From Tubiluchus corallicola (lineage: Eukaryota; Animalia; Priapulida): 64,000 nucleotides of DNA. Positions 13,718 through 26,883 of the stretch are shown here, in pieces. The DNA lies in the NCBI GenBank assembly GCA_030141605.1, contig JAQGDQ010000039.1, positions 62,001 to 126,000 on the forward strand. The letters run 5' to 3'. Each line of letters begins with the position of its first letter. Position 1 is the stretch's first letter. The translations under genes were made by a program, and so were the position numbers. The notes below the pieces were generated by a model. It was given only the letters and a program-made list of their open reading frames with translations, had not been told where the DNA came from and did not search any database.

Positions 13718-13965
13718 TTGCTATTGTTGTTATTGGTGATGTCGTTGTCGCTTTCGTTGTAGCTGCTGCTGCTGTTATTGCTGCTTGCGTTATTGGTCAT
13801 CGTCGTTGCTGTTGGTGATGATGTTGCATTGTTGTTGTTGTTGCTGCTGCCGCTGCTTCTGTTGTTCAATCGTTGTTGTCGTTTTCGTTGTTAATGCAGT
13901 TGTTGCTGGAGGTGGTGTTGGTGTCGCTGGCAGTTTGTTGTTTTTAGTGGTGTCGTCATTGTTTC
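13718..13965. repeat. Degenerate (GTT/GCT)n microsatellite
   Basis: Direct reading. Confidence 0.85.
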
Positions 13966-15093
13966 TTTGAACTGTCCCTCACAAAATTGTTTACAAGGAT
14001 CTCTCACAATTAAGCTGACCCACAAGTTGTTAAACGACACGTAACTTACATACCTTAGTATCACCTTAAAATTATGATTTTGGTTTCATTACAAATCCCT
14101 AAAAGATTGGATAGAGACATGAAACGTTAAAGAACTAACCCTTACGTGTTGCAATACCTATTTTAACCTCGTACGTTTTTTTCCTATTTCTACTTCTGGC
14201 TCTGTTTTAATTTTTTGTAAAAGAGGAATAGACAGACTAGTTGAAGTCAATGTGTACTACTTTTTCTGGCATAAGAAATTAACATTGCGATCACTCGGGC
14301 GAGCACCTCGTTTCCATAGTTAGTTACATCTGTTAAACGAACAAGCAGCAGTCATTTTGCTACTAAGAAGTCATATTCAGGTGCAATAGTAGTATATGTA
14401 ATAGAGTCTCATTTAGGCCCTAGCTTAATTTAATAGAGAAAAAAAACAACGAACAAACATGAAAACACAAAAAATGTAGCCAGTTAGCGCGGTTTGTGGT
14501 TGAAGCTTTGCTAGCAGCGAAAATTTTATGATGAAATTAACTAATAACAAATTCTTCCCCTCAAATGCGACTATAATAATAAACAAAAATAGCTACTAAT
14601 ATTGCCAGTAAATGTACTTATGCTGCTTGGGGTCAATATATTGGAAAAAACGGTCCTACTTATAAAAGTTGCAAGAAAATGTTTTTTGGTGCTTTCTTGT
14701 CGTACTTGTTCCAGAGAATTACATACCCAAATTGTGCCGAAATTTGAGCACCGCAAAATGTCTAATTATGACGTCAGAAAGATGGCCGCCATGTGACTAA
14801 AATGAATGGCTGTTTAGTCTACCAGAATGTTAAAAAATGCTCATTTAAACTCAAAAGCATAAAACTTTGCATAGTTAGAACGCATTAAGGTGATTATTTT
14901 TGGTTATAGAGACGTTTTTGGTTATCGAAATTTGTCCAAGATGGCCTTAATTTGCAAGATGGCTGCCCGAATGGCTGTTGCTATCTTATCTTATATCTTA
15001 TCTATCAGAGCAGACAGGGCAATGATTTTGTTGTCTAAATATAAGTTATCAAGGTCAAACTGGCCTTATTATTTGTTTTTTTTCGTTTTGCAG

Positions 15094-15282
15094 AACAATG
15101 ATTTAGACCTCTTCCGTTACTATCAGGCAATGCAACGTCTTAGGGCGCTCCAAGATTTGGCGCCAGATTATGATGGGAGTGAGGTAGCAAAGAGGGGTAA
15201 AGCCTACAATATCAAGTGCTTATTCAATGCAGTGGCGTGCTACAGGAAAAAGCGATCATCCGATATGGAGTATGATGGTTGA
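15094..15282 (+). CDS. AstC: Allatostatin-C/somatostatin-family precursor, coding exon 2 (mature peptide); join(4295..4402,15094..15282) = 98 aa
   Basis: Polypyrimidine tract + CAG acceptor, then NNDLDLFRYYQAMQRLRALQDLAPDYDGSEVA-KR-GKAYNIKCLFNAVACY-RKKR-SSDMEYDG*. C-x6-C ring with FNAV motif between basic cleavage sites is the AstC hallmark. Confidence 0.9.
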   Translation, partial: NNDLDLFRYYQAMQRLRALQDLAPDYDGSEVAKRGKAYNIKCLFNAVACYRKKRSSDMEYDG

Positions 15283-18200
15283 AATGGGGCATCGCTAGCT
15301 CAGTAATTACAGGTATTTCTAAATACATCTTCAGAAATGCAGGGTGTTCTAGAAGTAGCAGTGCAGTAGAAATGAATATGGTGATACGCTGAAATATGAT
15401 AATGAATTTGCAATGAAACGCGTTCAAGTGTTATGTCATTTAGTAAGAGATTGCTCTTCAATAACTAATGAAAGTGTGCACCGTCAACTTACTGACATAA
15501 ATGACAACGACACCGCTTGTTATGAAAAAGTCTAATTTTACAAGGTCTTCCGCTTCGAATAACAATTTGCAAAGCTTGTTAAATTCACCCAAAATGAACC
15601 TGAATTTCTGCATGATGACGTAATATTAATATAACTTGCATAATTCTAGTTTTCGTACCATATAACTTGGTTTTTGTACAATCCAATATAAGCTTATCGT
15701 AATATTATAATGCATTACTGATTATTGTTGTTATTATTATCATCATCACCACCACCAGGTATTTTGGCAATGGTAATGTTGGGTAAACCACTTCAGACAA
15801 AGTAAAAAAATAGTGTTGCCAATATTTTGCGCTGAAATTCTTGTATTTTTAAACCTGTTTGCTGTAATGCGATGATAACATTGCTACATTAGCATGATTC
15901 TTACGTCACACAGATTTTTGCTCGTAGGTGCGCTCTAGAAATGCTATTTTTCCAACTTTGCTGCACCCTGATTTTTGTCAAACGTGCTTAAGATTCTGTC
16001 TCACATGAACTCATCCTGGTCCTCTATGCGCGCTCGATGCTGTAATTTGCGTCATATGAAACAAAATCAGACCGAGAAAAAGCAGTCGTTTTGTTTTGCG
16101 ATTACCCGTAGCATAGGTTGATTCAAGCAAAAGTTGTGTGCGTCCAAATTTTGTCTGAGACAGTTTGCGTCACATAGTTTGCTACATACAGACTTTTTTG
16201 CCGTGTGTTACTAGACTATATTAGCGTTCTTACTGCATGCGATAAGAAGTGGCAAAACGTCCAGACACTTTAAAGCAAGAATGCGTTAACACTGAGCATT
16301 TCGTCTAGGACTGGCAAGAAATTAAAATCCTTCTCAGCCTAGCATTCATGACCATATTTGTGCTTCTGGCCACAAAGCTGGTTTTAATCATTTCAGCATT
16401 GTGGCCAAAGCTACAAATAACTGGGACCTATTAATAAAAGAAAGTTTATCTATGTACCCTAACAAGCCTTCACTTAATGTGTGCAAAGTAGTTCAATTTC
16501 CTTAACTTTGTTTATAAACACTTACTTTTACTGTATCTCTTTTTTCTCTACAGGTCTGTTAATTCATTACGTTTTGCCTTTCTTTTAAATACATAATTAG
16601 TGAATAATTTCTGTACTGTATGTTCTGCCTATAAAACTGGCTGTCGCTGAAGATGACTGCATGCAGCAGTGGAAACGTTTGGAGACATGTTTTTAACATT
16701 TTATAAGTTTTTAATAAAAGTTGTTTTGTTCTTATAATGGTAAAAAGTGGTTGCAAATGAAGTTCACATCGATTAATTAATACACAAAATTATCCGTTTA
16801 GGTGAAGAAGTAGTCATCCGTCAGTTCATATCTGAACATTGGTTTCCAAAAGTTGCCGTCGTCACATCAAGTTGAAGCCATTCTGCATTTCTCAAATCCT
16901 AACAACAGCATTTTTCGAAATTACCATGGAAATAATAGCCTTCATATAATTTACACATTAATTGTCGCTATAAATGTTCAGTTTTGTAATTACTGATTTT
17001 TTAATACTTTATACATGGTGTATCTTTATCAACGTCCTAGAAACTGCGCACAGTCGTGGCGCTATCTAATGGGAAAGTAGGGAAACGTTCAACCAAACCA
17101 AATTTTAATAAATTTATGAATAAAAAAAGTGGAATATGAGAATTCTAAATGCTAATAAAACTAACTGATCTCGTTGTTTCAAACTCTATGTCATGCAGAG
17201 AAAGTCATCATGTTCAGCAAGCCATGTTTTTGAGTAGGCCTAATAATTATTTTCTTCTATTGTGACTGCTACTGTATTGATGTCTACATAGTACAATAAC
17301 TGGTATATTTTTTCTTGTTCTACGTCACAGACATTTTACTTTTCGTCTGCGGCACGCTCAATTTCTGCAAAGGTATTCCAAAAATTATTACGTCACAAGC
17401 CTATTGCTCTATTGTTTTATATGCAATAACGTAACTAGGCTACATACTTTTGAGACCCCTGCAAATATAAACTAGTGGGCCTGATCATTCAAAGCTCAAA
17501 TGTTTGCTGCTTAACTGTCACAGCTTGTCTTTAAATTTTTTATTCATGATTCTATGCTAGTAAGTGTCACGTAAATGTAATTATGCAGTACTGTGGCACC
17601 GTAGGCAGCTCTTCTTCACGTCCAAGCGCCCCTCTAACCCATGGGCCCACCTACACCTGTGGGGTAATGCTGACCCTCTATTTACATGTGACATATTATG
17701 TTTTAATGTGGAACTTCAGCACTAGAAGCATTATTATGATGTATTATCTTGAAAATTAATTTCGCTTTTCGACATCTAAATACATAAAGGTGACCTAGAA
17801 TTACGTCACAGGGTCATTTTTGTCTCAACATTGTGTGCAAATTTATGCTTTCATGAAATCCCCTCCAAGAAAGTTCTATTGTCCAAATTTGATTACCGCC
17901 TCGGCTGACATTCATTAAATGTCAAGATGAATTAGGAAAATCAACAACAGGAAATTTCCTTTGGTCTGCATTCGTCATTAGAACCAGTTTTTACCTGTAG
18001 AGTTGCAACATGAATTTCAAATGTTGCACATTTCCAGAAAAATACGTGATAATAATATGTGAAGGTTAGGTCAAAATAAGAAGTTTCAGTAATTTATGCA
18101 TCAAAGGCTTAAACGAACAGGTAGCAATTTTTACACACAAATGATTATTGTTAACAAAACAAGCTTGAATTAAATTTTCATGTAACTTTCAATGTCACTC

Positions 18201-19213
18201 GTGAATATTCAATTCATTCATCTATAAGCAGTAATGTTATTTATTTACTTACATTGAAAATAAATATTCTTTTTAATATACATAGTATTTAATTAGTCTG
18301 TATTCATTGTGGTTCATCCTTCAAGATTTCCAGTAGAAAACCTTTCACAGAAAGAACGTTATAAAGGCTTTGTTCTTCACAAATGTATATTTAAAAATAA
18401 ATAAAAATAAGTTGTGCGATACAGAAATTATTTTACTACATAAAAACTTTACATCAATTGTTTTGGTATATACAATGCTCATACTCATAATTGTGCTAAT
18501 TATGTGGATGAAATCAAAAGAAATTATGTAGATAGTGTTTTGCAATTCAAACTACATCATTTTCCTCCTATACACATCAAATTAATTCATACAAAAAGAA
18601 AGAAACTGTTCACATTTATTTTAATGTGGTTAAGCTAATTATTTATCATAAAGTTTCAAGTGCATTTATCATAATGGAGAAAAAGCAATTGTTACAATGA
18701 TTTCATATCAATAGCTAATAGACAATTTGCAAAGTATCAAAAAATAATTCAATACTAATTCGTAGTTACATATTGCTAACATTTAGAACACACTTATGCA
18801 AACAATTCTATGAACAGTCTTGATAAAACAAGTCTTTCCTTGTTTAATTAATATTTAGATTTAGACTTATTTATTAATCCACTTAGCACAATGTTACAAA
18901 ATATAAATTATTACAATTACAATTTGACAATACATTACAGTGGTATGAGCGTAACAGAAAAATTAACTTGTTAACTTGTAAGATGAATAACTTGTCAACA
19001 TGAATAAGCCTTATATATATCAGTTGTACTACAATCAACTTTTGCTTGCTTAATGAATAACTTTTCACAATCAGTGGCATAGAAATGTTTAGAGTGATTT
19101 TCATAAATTTATTTCAACGTGATATGAATGATTTAAGCATTTTGGAAAGCAAAAGTGATATAAAAAAGCAGTTAGCACCCCAAAAAATGAAAGTACGCTT
19201 TTGAAAAAAACAA

Positions 19214-22200
19214 TTACAATCTGTCCATAATTTTCATCCAAGGAATCCGTCGCCGTCGCAGCAGGGGAATGCGGAAACAGCCAAGCTCGTACTCGGCAAC
19301 GCTCACGTGTTCCACACGAGCTTCTAATTTTACGCAGCCATTGGCTTCTGAATGTGAAACTTCCAGATCATAGAAGCGGATGCAAAGTTCAGCATACTCG
19401 GCTAAATATGGAACTCCGAAGCAAATGGGTGGTGGATTTTTTGCTATCCAAAACAAAGGAAAAGTTCTAATATCAAGCACTCTAATATTTAATATCACAT
19501 TCAGTTGAACATTTTTCAGTGTTACCAGATTACGTATTCTTAAAAAACTGGACATTACTAAACAATGCTAAGTAACTGACATCAATTGGTCTGAGCAACA
19601 TTTAAAAAGAACACAAACTGGATATGAAGGCCCACATGCCTTTGAGTAGATCTCACAGGTGCTTCTATCAGTCCAAACAGTTACACTGGAACAAACCGGA
19701 TTTTGAGAAAGGAAACATAGAGTCAGGAAATGATAGTTCCTCAAATAATTTAATTGCTTAATTGAATAATTTAACGGAAGTGGTGCTGACAAGCCACAGG
19801 CGTAGCAGTGTCTAGTTTTTTTTTTGCTGGATTACTGCTGTGTTTATCTGTCTGAAGGCAGATTTCTTTTATTTTAGAATTCTGCCTGCCCAATGTCTAC
19901 AATAGACGTGACGGGCGTATGATGATGATGAGTTCCTCAAACTTAAAAGTTATCAGAAATGGATACAAACATACTAATATGTTAAACATCATAATATTTC
20001 TTATTTCATGGCTATTTTAAAACTCTTTCCACTTGGTGTTGTCAGAAATGAAAAATCAACAAATTTTTGAAGGAATGAGTCCATGACAACATTCTCATGA
20101 AAAACCATCATGAATTGCACTCCTTCCATTTATTGCAATCAGAGAAACAGTAGTGGATATTAAGTGTTCTTTGCTCAAAATTAAATGTTGTTTCTAATGA
20201 TTGTTGCATTTTATCCATTCTTTCCAACTTATTCTATACAGTGGGAAGAAATCATTTCTTGACACCTCTTACGTGATCAGAAAAAATAAGTTTGAATTAA
20301 TGCTACGGTAATTTGATAAGTGTTTGTGAAATTTATAACCTACCTGATATTGTCTCATTAAAAATAACCTTGTCATCGACAGACACTGTGAAAGAAATTC
20401 CATATTGATCTGGGAGGTAAGTCAGATTAACACATCCTACAAGAGATGTATCGATTAGAAGTGTGATTCTACTTAATAAGCAATTTACAGACACATTTAT
20501 ATGACACACATGCAGGCAATTTTTCTGATGATCTAAATATACTTCCAGTGGTGTATTTTAAAGGAAAGGACAAGTCACTTAGCATGTTGGGTTTATTTTA
20601 CAGTTGTTGCTTAAACTTTTGCCTAACTTAAAGAATTTCAACAGAACGGATGAAATCCTTCTTTTTTTCCCACAAAAAACATTGCTTTACTCAAAATTTC
20701 GCCTAACTCAAATAAAAATTATGGTACATTTAATCAAAATACGTGTAATTTATTTTGCCTAACTCAAAAATGCAATTTATACTCTAGAAAAATAAAGTTT
20801 CATACAGCTCAAAAACAGTATCATCCTCTGGAAAAATTGTGATGTCTTACAAGTCGCACCCCTGGATTATTTTGTCTGGGATTGATCTTTGTACTTCTGA
20901 CGGAAAGTCTCAGTCAGCTACTACATACAGTAACACTCTACTGGGGAAGATCTTTCACGGAAAGTCTCAGTCAGCTACTACATACAGTAACACTCTACTG
21001 GGGAAGATCTTTCACGGAAAGTCTCAGTCAGCTACTACATACAGTAACACTCTACTGGGGAAGATCTTTCACAGAAAGTCTCAGTCAGCTACTACATACA
21101 GTAACACTCTAGTGGAGAAGATCTTTCGCGGAAAGTCTCAGTCAGCTACTACATACAGTAACACTCTAGTGGAGAAGATCTTTCACTGAAAGTCTCAGTC
21201 AGCTACTACATACAGTAACACTCTACTGGGGAAGATCTTTCACGGAAAGTCTCAGTCAGCTACTACAAACAGTAACACTCTACTGGGGAAGATCTTTCAC
21301 GGAAAGTCTCAGTCAGCTACTACATACACTAACACTCTACTGGGGAAGATCTTTCACAGAAAGTCTCAGTCAGCTACTACATACAGTAACACTCTACTGG
21401 GGAAGATCTTTCACGGAAAGTCTCAGTCAGCTACTACATACAGTAACACTCTACTGGGGAAGATCTTTCACGGAAAGTCTCAGTCAGCTACTACATACAG
21501 TAACACTCTACCGGGGAAGATCTTTCACGGAAAGTCTCAGTCAGCTACTACATACAGTAACACTCTACTGGGGAAGATCTTTCACGGAAAGTCTCAGTCA
21601 GCTACTACATGCAGTAACACTCTACCGGGGAAGATCTTTCACAGAAAGTCTCAGTCAGCTATTACAAACAGTAACACTCTACTGGGGAAGATCTTTCACG
21701 GAAAGTCTCAGTCAGTTACTACATACAGTAACACTCTACCGGGGAAGATCTTTCACGGAAAGTCTCAGTCAGTTACTACATACAGTAACACTCTACCGGG
21801 GAAGATCTTTCACGGAAAGTCTCAGTCAGCTACTACATGCAGTAACACTCTACTGGGGAAGATCTTTCACGGAAAGTCTCAGTCAACTACTACATACAGT
21901 AACACTCTACTGGGGAAGATCTTTCACGGAAAGTCTCAGTCAACTACTACATACAGTAACACTCTACTGGGGAAGATCTTTCACGGAAAGTCTCAGTCAG
22001 CTACTACATACAGTAACACTCTACTGGGGAAGATCTTTCACGGAAAGTCTCAGTCAGCTACTACATACAGTAACACTCTACTGGGGAAGATCTTTCACGG
22101 AAAGTCTCAGTCAGCTACTACATGCAGTAACACTCTACTGGGGAAGATCTTTCACGGAAAGTCTCAGTCAGCTACTACATACAGTAACACTCTACTGGGG

Positions 22201-25200
22201 AAGCTCTTTCACGGAAAGTCTCAGTCAGCTACTACATACAGTAACACTCTACTGGGGAAGATCTTTCACGGAAAGTCTCAGTCAGCTACTACATACAGTA
22301 ACACTCTACTGGGGAAGATCTTTCACGGAAAGTCTCAGTCAGCTACTACATACAGTAACATTCTACTGGGGAAGATCTTTCACGGAAAGTCTCAGTCAGC
22401 TACTACATACAGTAACACTCTAGTGGAGAAGATCTTTCGCGGAAAGTCTCAGTCAGCTACTACATACAGTAACACTCTACTGGGGAAGATCTTTCACTGA
22501 AAGTCTCAGTCAGCTACTACATACAGTAACACTCTACTGGGGAAGATCTTTCACGGAAAGTCTCAGTCAGCTACTACAAACAGTAACACTCTACTGGGGA
22601 AGATCTTTCACGGAAAGTCTCAGTCAGCTACTACATACAGTAACACTCTACTGGGGAAGATCTTTCACAGAAAGTCTCAGTCAGCTACTACATACAGTAA
22701 CACTCTAGTGGAGAAGATCTTTCACGGAAAGTCTCAGTCAGCTACTACATACAGTAACACTCTAGTGGAGAAGATCTTTCACTGAAAGTCTCAGTCAGCT
22801 ACTACATACAGTAACACTCTACTGGGGAAGATCTTTCACTGAAAGTCTCAGTCAGCTACTACATACAGTAACACTCTACTGGGGAAGATCTTTCACTGAA
22901 AGTCTCAGTCAGCTACTACATACAGTAACACTCTACTGGGGAAGATCTTTCATGGAAAGTCTCAGTCAGCTACTACATTCAGTAACACTCTACTGGGGAA
23001 GATCTTTCACGGAAAGTCTCAGTCAGCTACTACATACAGTAACACTCTACTGGGGAAGATCTTTCACGGAAAGTCTCAGTCAGCTACTACATACAGTAAC
23101 ACTCTACTGGGGAAGATCTTTCACTGAAAGTCTCAGTCAGCTACTACATACAGTAACACTCTACTGGGGAAGATCTTTCACGGAAAGTCTCAGTCAGCTA
23201 CTACATATAGTAACACTCTACTGGGGAAGATCTTTCACGGAAAGTCTCAGTCAGCTACTACATACAGTAACACTCTACTGGAGAAGATCTTTCACTGAAA
23301 GTCTCAGTCAGCTACTACATACAGTAACACTCTACTGGAGAAGATCTTTCACTGAAAGTCTCAGTCAGCTACTACATACAGTAACACTCTACTGGGGAAG
23401 ATCTTTCACTGAAAGTCTCAGTCAGCTACTACATACAGTAACACTCTACTGGGGAAGATCTTTCACTGAAAGTCTCAGTCAGCTACTACATACAGTAACA
23501 CTCTACTGGGGAAGATCTTTCACGGAAAGTCTCAGTCAGCTACTACATTCAGTAACACTCTACCGGGGAAGATTTTTCACGGAAATCCTCAGTCAGTTAC
23601 TACATACAGTAACACTCTACTGCGGAAGATCTTTCACGGAAAGTCTCAGTCAGCTACTACATACAGTAACACTCTACTGGGGAAGATTTTTCACGGAAAG
23701 CCTCAGTCAGTTACTACATACAGTAACACTCTACTGGGGAAGATCTTTCACGGAAAGTCTCAGTCAGTTACTACATACAGTAACACTCTACTGGGGAAGA
23801 TCTTTCACGGAAAGTCTCAGTCAGCTATTACATACAGTAACACTCTACTGGGGAAGATTTTTCACGGAAAGCCTCAGTCAGTTACTACATACAGTAACAC
23901 TCTACTGGGGAAGATCTTTCACGGAAAGTCTCAGTCAGTTACTACATACAGTAACACTCTACTGGGGAAGATCTTTCACGGAAAGTCTCAGTCAGCTATT
24001 ACATACAGTAACACTCTACTGGGGAAGATTTTTCACGGAAAGCCTCAGTCAGTTACTACATACAGTAACACTCTACTGGGGAAGATCTTTCACGGAAAGT
24101 CTCAGTCAGTTACTACATACAGTAACACTCTACTGGGGAAGATCTTTCACGGAAAGTCTCAGTCAGCTATTACATACAGTAACACTCTACTGGGGAAGAT
24201 TTTTCACGGAAAGCCTCAGTCAGTTACTACATACAGTAACACTCTACTGGGGAAGATCTTTCACGGAAAGTCTCAGTCAGTTACTACATACAGTAACACT
24301 CTACTGGGGAAGATCTTTCACGGAAAGTCTCAGTCAGCTATTACATACAGTAACACTCTACTGGGGAAGATTTTTCACGGAAAGCCTCAGTCAGTTACTA
24401 CATACAGTAACACTCTACTGGGGAAGATCTTTCACGGAAAGTCTCAGTCAGTTACTACATACAGTAACACTCTACTGGGGAAGATCTTTCACGGAAAGTC
24501 TCAGTCAGCTATTACATACAGTAACACTCTACTGGGGAAGATTTTTCACGGAAAGCCTCAGTCAGTTACTACATACAGTAACACTCTACTGGGGAAGATC
24601 TTTCACGGAAAGTCTCAGTCAGTTACTACATACAGTAACACTCTACTGGGGAAGATCTTTCACGGAAAGTCTCAGTCAGCTATTACATACAGTAACACTC
24701 TACTGGGGAAGATTTTTCACGGAAAGCCTCAGTCAGTTACTACATACAGTAACACTCTACTGGGGAAGATCTTTCACGGAAAGTCTCAGCAACAACCAGC
24801 AGGCAATATTAGTACCCGTGTCATTTAGATGCAGCTTTGGAATGTCTAAATGTTCACAGCAGCCGCAGTCATAATCGATGCACTGACATCCGCTTTCTGA
24901 AAGTTGCAACACGGCATTGTGGAATTTCCAAAACTGTGGTTTAGGTGCACCTGAAAAATTTTTAATAATCATAATTAATAAATATTTTACATTGAAAATA
25001 TTTAAGAATTTTCATGCATACAGCAATAGTGAATGAGAATGGAGGCAAGAAAGTCAAAGAAACATGAAAGGTGTGGTATTTCTGCTGCTTCTAAAACAAT
25101 TCATAATTAGTGTGTTTCCAATCCAAAACCATCCACAAGTCGGCATAGTTAAAACTGCATTATGATGCTTCAAAGTAGAATACACTAAAAATTTGGTCAA

Positions 25201-25932
25201 ATGGTTTTCCATCAAAGTCACAGTTTTCCAAACTTTTTCAATTACGTATTTTAAACTTAACTATTATCTTCATAAAATTGGAAGTGTCGATTCTCCACTA
25301 TGCAAGTGTGGTAACATTTTTTGTCTGAATATGTGCTAATTAAAGGAATGTGTTGTTATACAGTATTTCCCGACATACTGGCTTATCTAATTTCAGGCTA
25401 GTTGATATATTGTCATGTGAAGTTGTTGACCAAGAAGATGTTGATATTGAGGCTATAACATTTTTGTTCTTTTATAGTTAGTACTGAACGTTTAAGCAAG
25501 TGGACACTATAACATTGCCCGTGCTTCCTCAGTTTTGGAGTCATATCATCGTATTCTCTTTATTTCAGCTTTTACGAAGAAATTTTTCATTGTGATAAAC
25601 AGCTCATATTGCGTTGACAATTTACGTGAACATCTTGGCAGTAGACATTGATGTGGAGATTAGAAATTTAGCTTTACATGGAAGAATATATTTGCACAAC
25701 AAGCCAATGATTCATGCTTTATGGTGTCTTTCTAGCCAAAAAAGGCTTACGAAATAACACTATTGAAGCTGACATAACGGTAAAGATACAAAAACTAAAA
25801 AACCAAATTTTAAGTCACTTTTAGTTTTATTTTTTACTACAGGCATAAACACATATACTTACACAACACAGAACTTGTAAAGAATGCGAGCGCCGTAAAT
25901 AAGATGAAATTTGAAGCGCAGCAACGAAGCAT
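19214..25932 (-). CDS. Secreted cysteine-rich DUF4773-type protein, 175 aa; exons 25863..25932, 24816..24950, 20344..20436, 19214..19443
   Basis: All introns GT-AG and phase 1. Signal peptide MLRCCASNFILFTALAFFTSSVLC, then ...GCQCIDYDCGCCEHL...TGCVNLTY...ISAKNPPPICFGVPYL...LCIRFY...GCVKLE...LGCFRIP, matching the recalled DUF4773 CxCxxxxCGCC / NPPPIC / LGCF pattern. Confidence 0.88.
20900..24789. repeat. 57-bp minisatellite, ~68 copies, intronic
   Basis: Unit CACGGAAAGTCTCAGTCAGCTACTACATACAGTAACACTCTACTGGGGAAGATCTTT repeated head to tail with few substitutions and no spacers. Confidence 0.98.
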
Positions 25933-26883
25933 GACTAGTTATTAATTATTTTACAGACAAACTAACAAAGTCGTTTTAGTTGACAAACAATAGCACGTGT
26001 TTGCCTGTTTAGAAGGTGCACAAGCCAGCTTATGCGTTGTACATGTTTGTCGTCACACCGCTACAATTCTGCTCTAGTATCAACCGACGCAAACCAAAGA
26101 TGTAATTCTATACTTGACTCTCTAGTAGTACTACATATATTTTAATCCAGCCGACAGAAAAATTACCACCAGGTCTTTTTGAACTTAATTTAGCAAACAT
26201 ATACTTGAGTGTCAAAATATAATTATAAACTGTTAGTACTTGGCGATACTTGGGTGCATAAGGCATTATTTTCATTAGTGTTTTTGGACTTGTTTGCAGT
26301 TTGCACCGATCTGAAACTTGTGTCATTCCATGAAAATGTAATAACGTACACGTGCAAGAGACACAATAGCTGATGAATGATGAGGTAACACAAAGTGAAA
26401 CCTTGAGATTCAAGTATGTGCATATTCAAATGTCAGAGAACAATAAAAATGGCGAGGTTGTTGGCATATTTAGAAAATATGAAAAAGTTTTAAATAAAAA
26501 CAATTGCAAAAACGTGTGGAATTTGTAATTAAGTAATTGCAAATTTTATCACACTTGTTGGTGACCTTAAACATACTATGTCCTAGCAAAGTTATTAAGC
26601 ACAAGAAATCTCTCCCAAAGAATGTCAGATAGAAAATACATGTGACATTAAAATAAAAAGATAATCAGGCCACCAGTATGCACATTAACCCCAGTCACAT
26701 TAACACAATAAAATACCTACAGTATTTATCACCAGTAAAGCAGTTACATTTTTTACAAAAAACATATTTATTGTTAAAAAAATCTTCACGTAATTACTGT
26801 CTTTGTTTAGATAAAATGATTTCTGTGACATAATGTATGCTCTTCTGATGCATGTCTTCGATTTAGTTTAAATGGAAATGAAC

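Noticed and set aside
14890-15093. 5' part of the 130-aa ORF as the precursor N-terminus
   Set aside because: Starts at GTG, lies in repeat-like sequence rich in AAGATGGC motifs and ends in a clear splice acceptor; exon 4295-4402 gives a proper signal peptide.
20900-24789. CRISPR array or alpha-satellite (171-bp period)
   Set aside because: No unique spacers or cas genes in this eukaryotic context; 171 is simply 3x57 and I see no alpha-satellite similarity.
22952-24874. 640-aa repetitive ORF
   Set aside because: By-product of a 57-bp (19-codon) unit without stops in one frame; mostly antisense intron of the DUF4773-type gene, and some units carry TAG in the same frame.
26340-26430. Alternative first exon of the DUF4773-type gene
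   Set aside because: No in-frame ATG with a good signal peptide; 25863-25932 fits much better.
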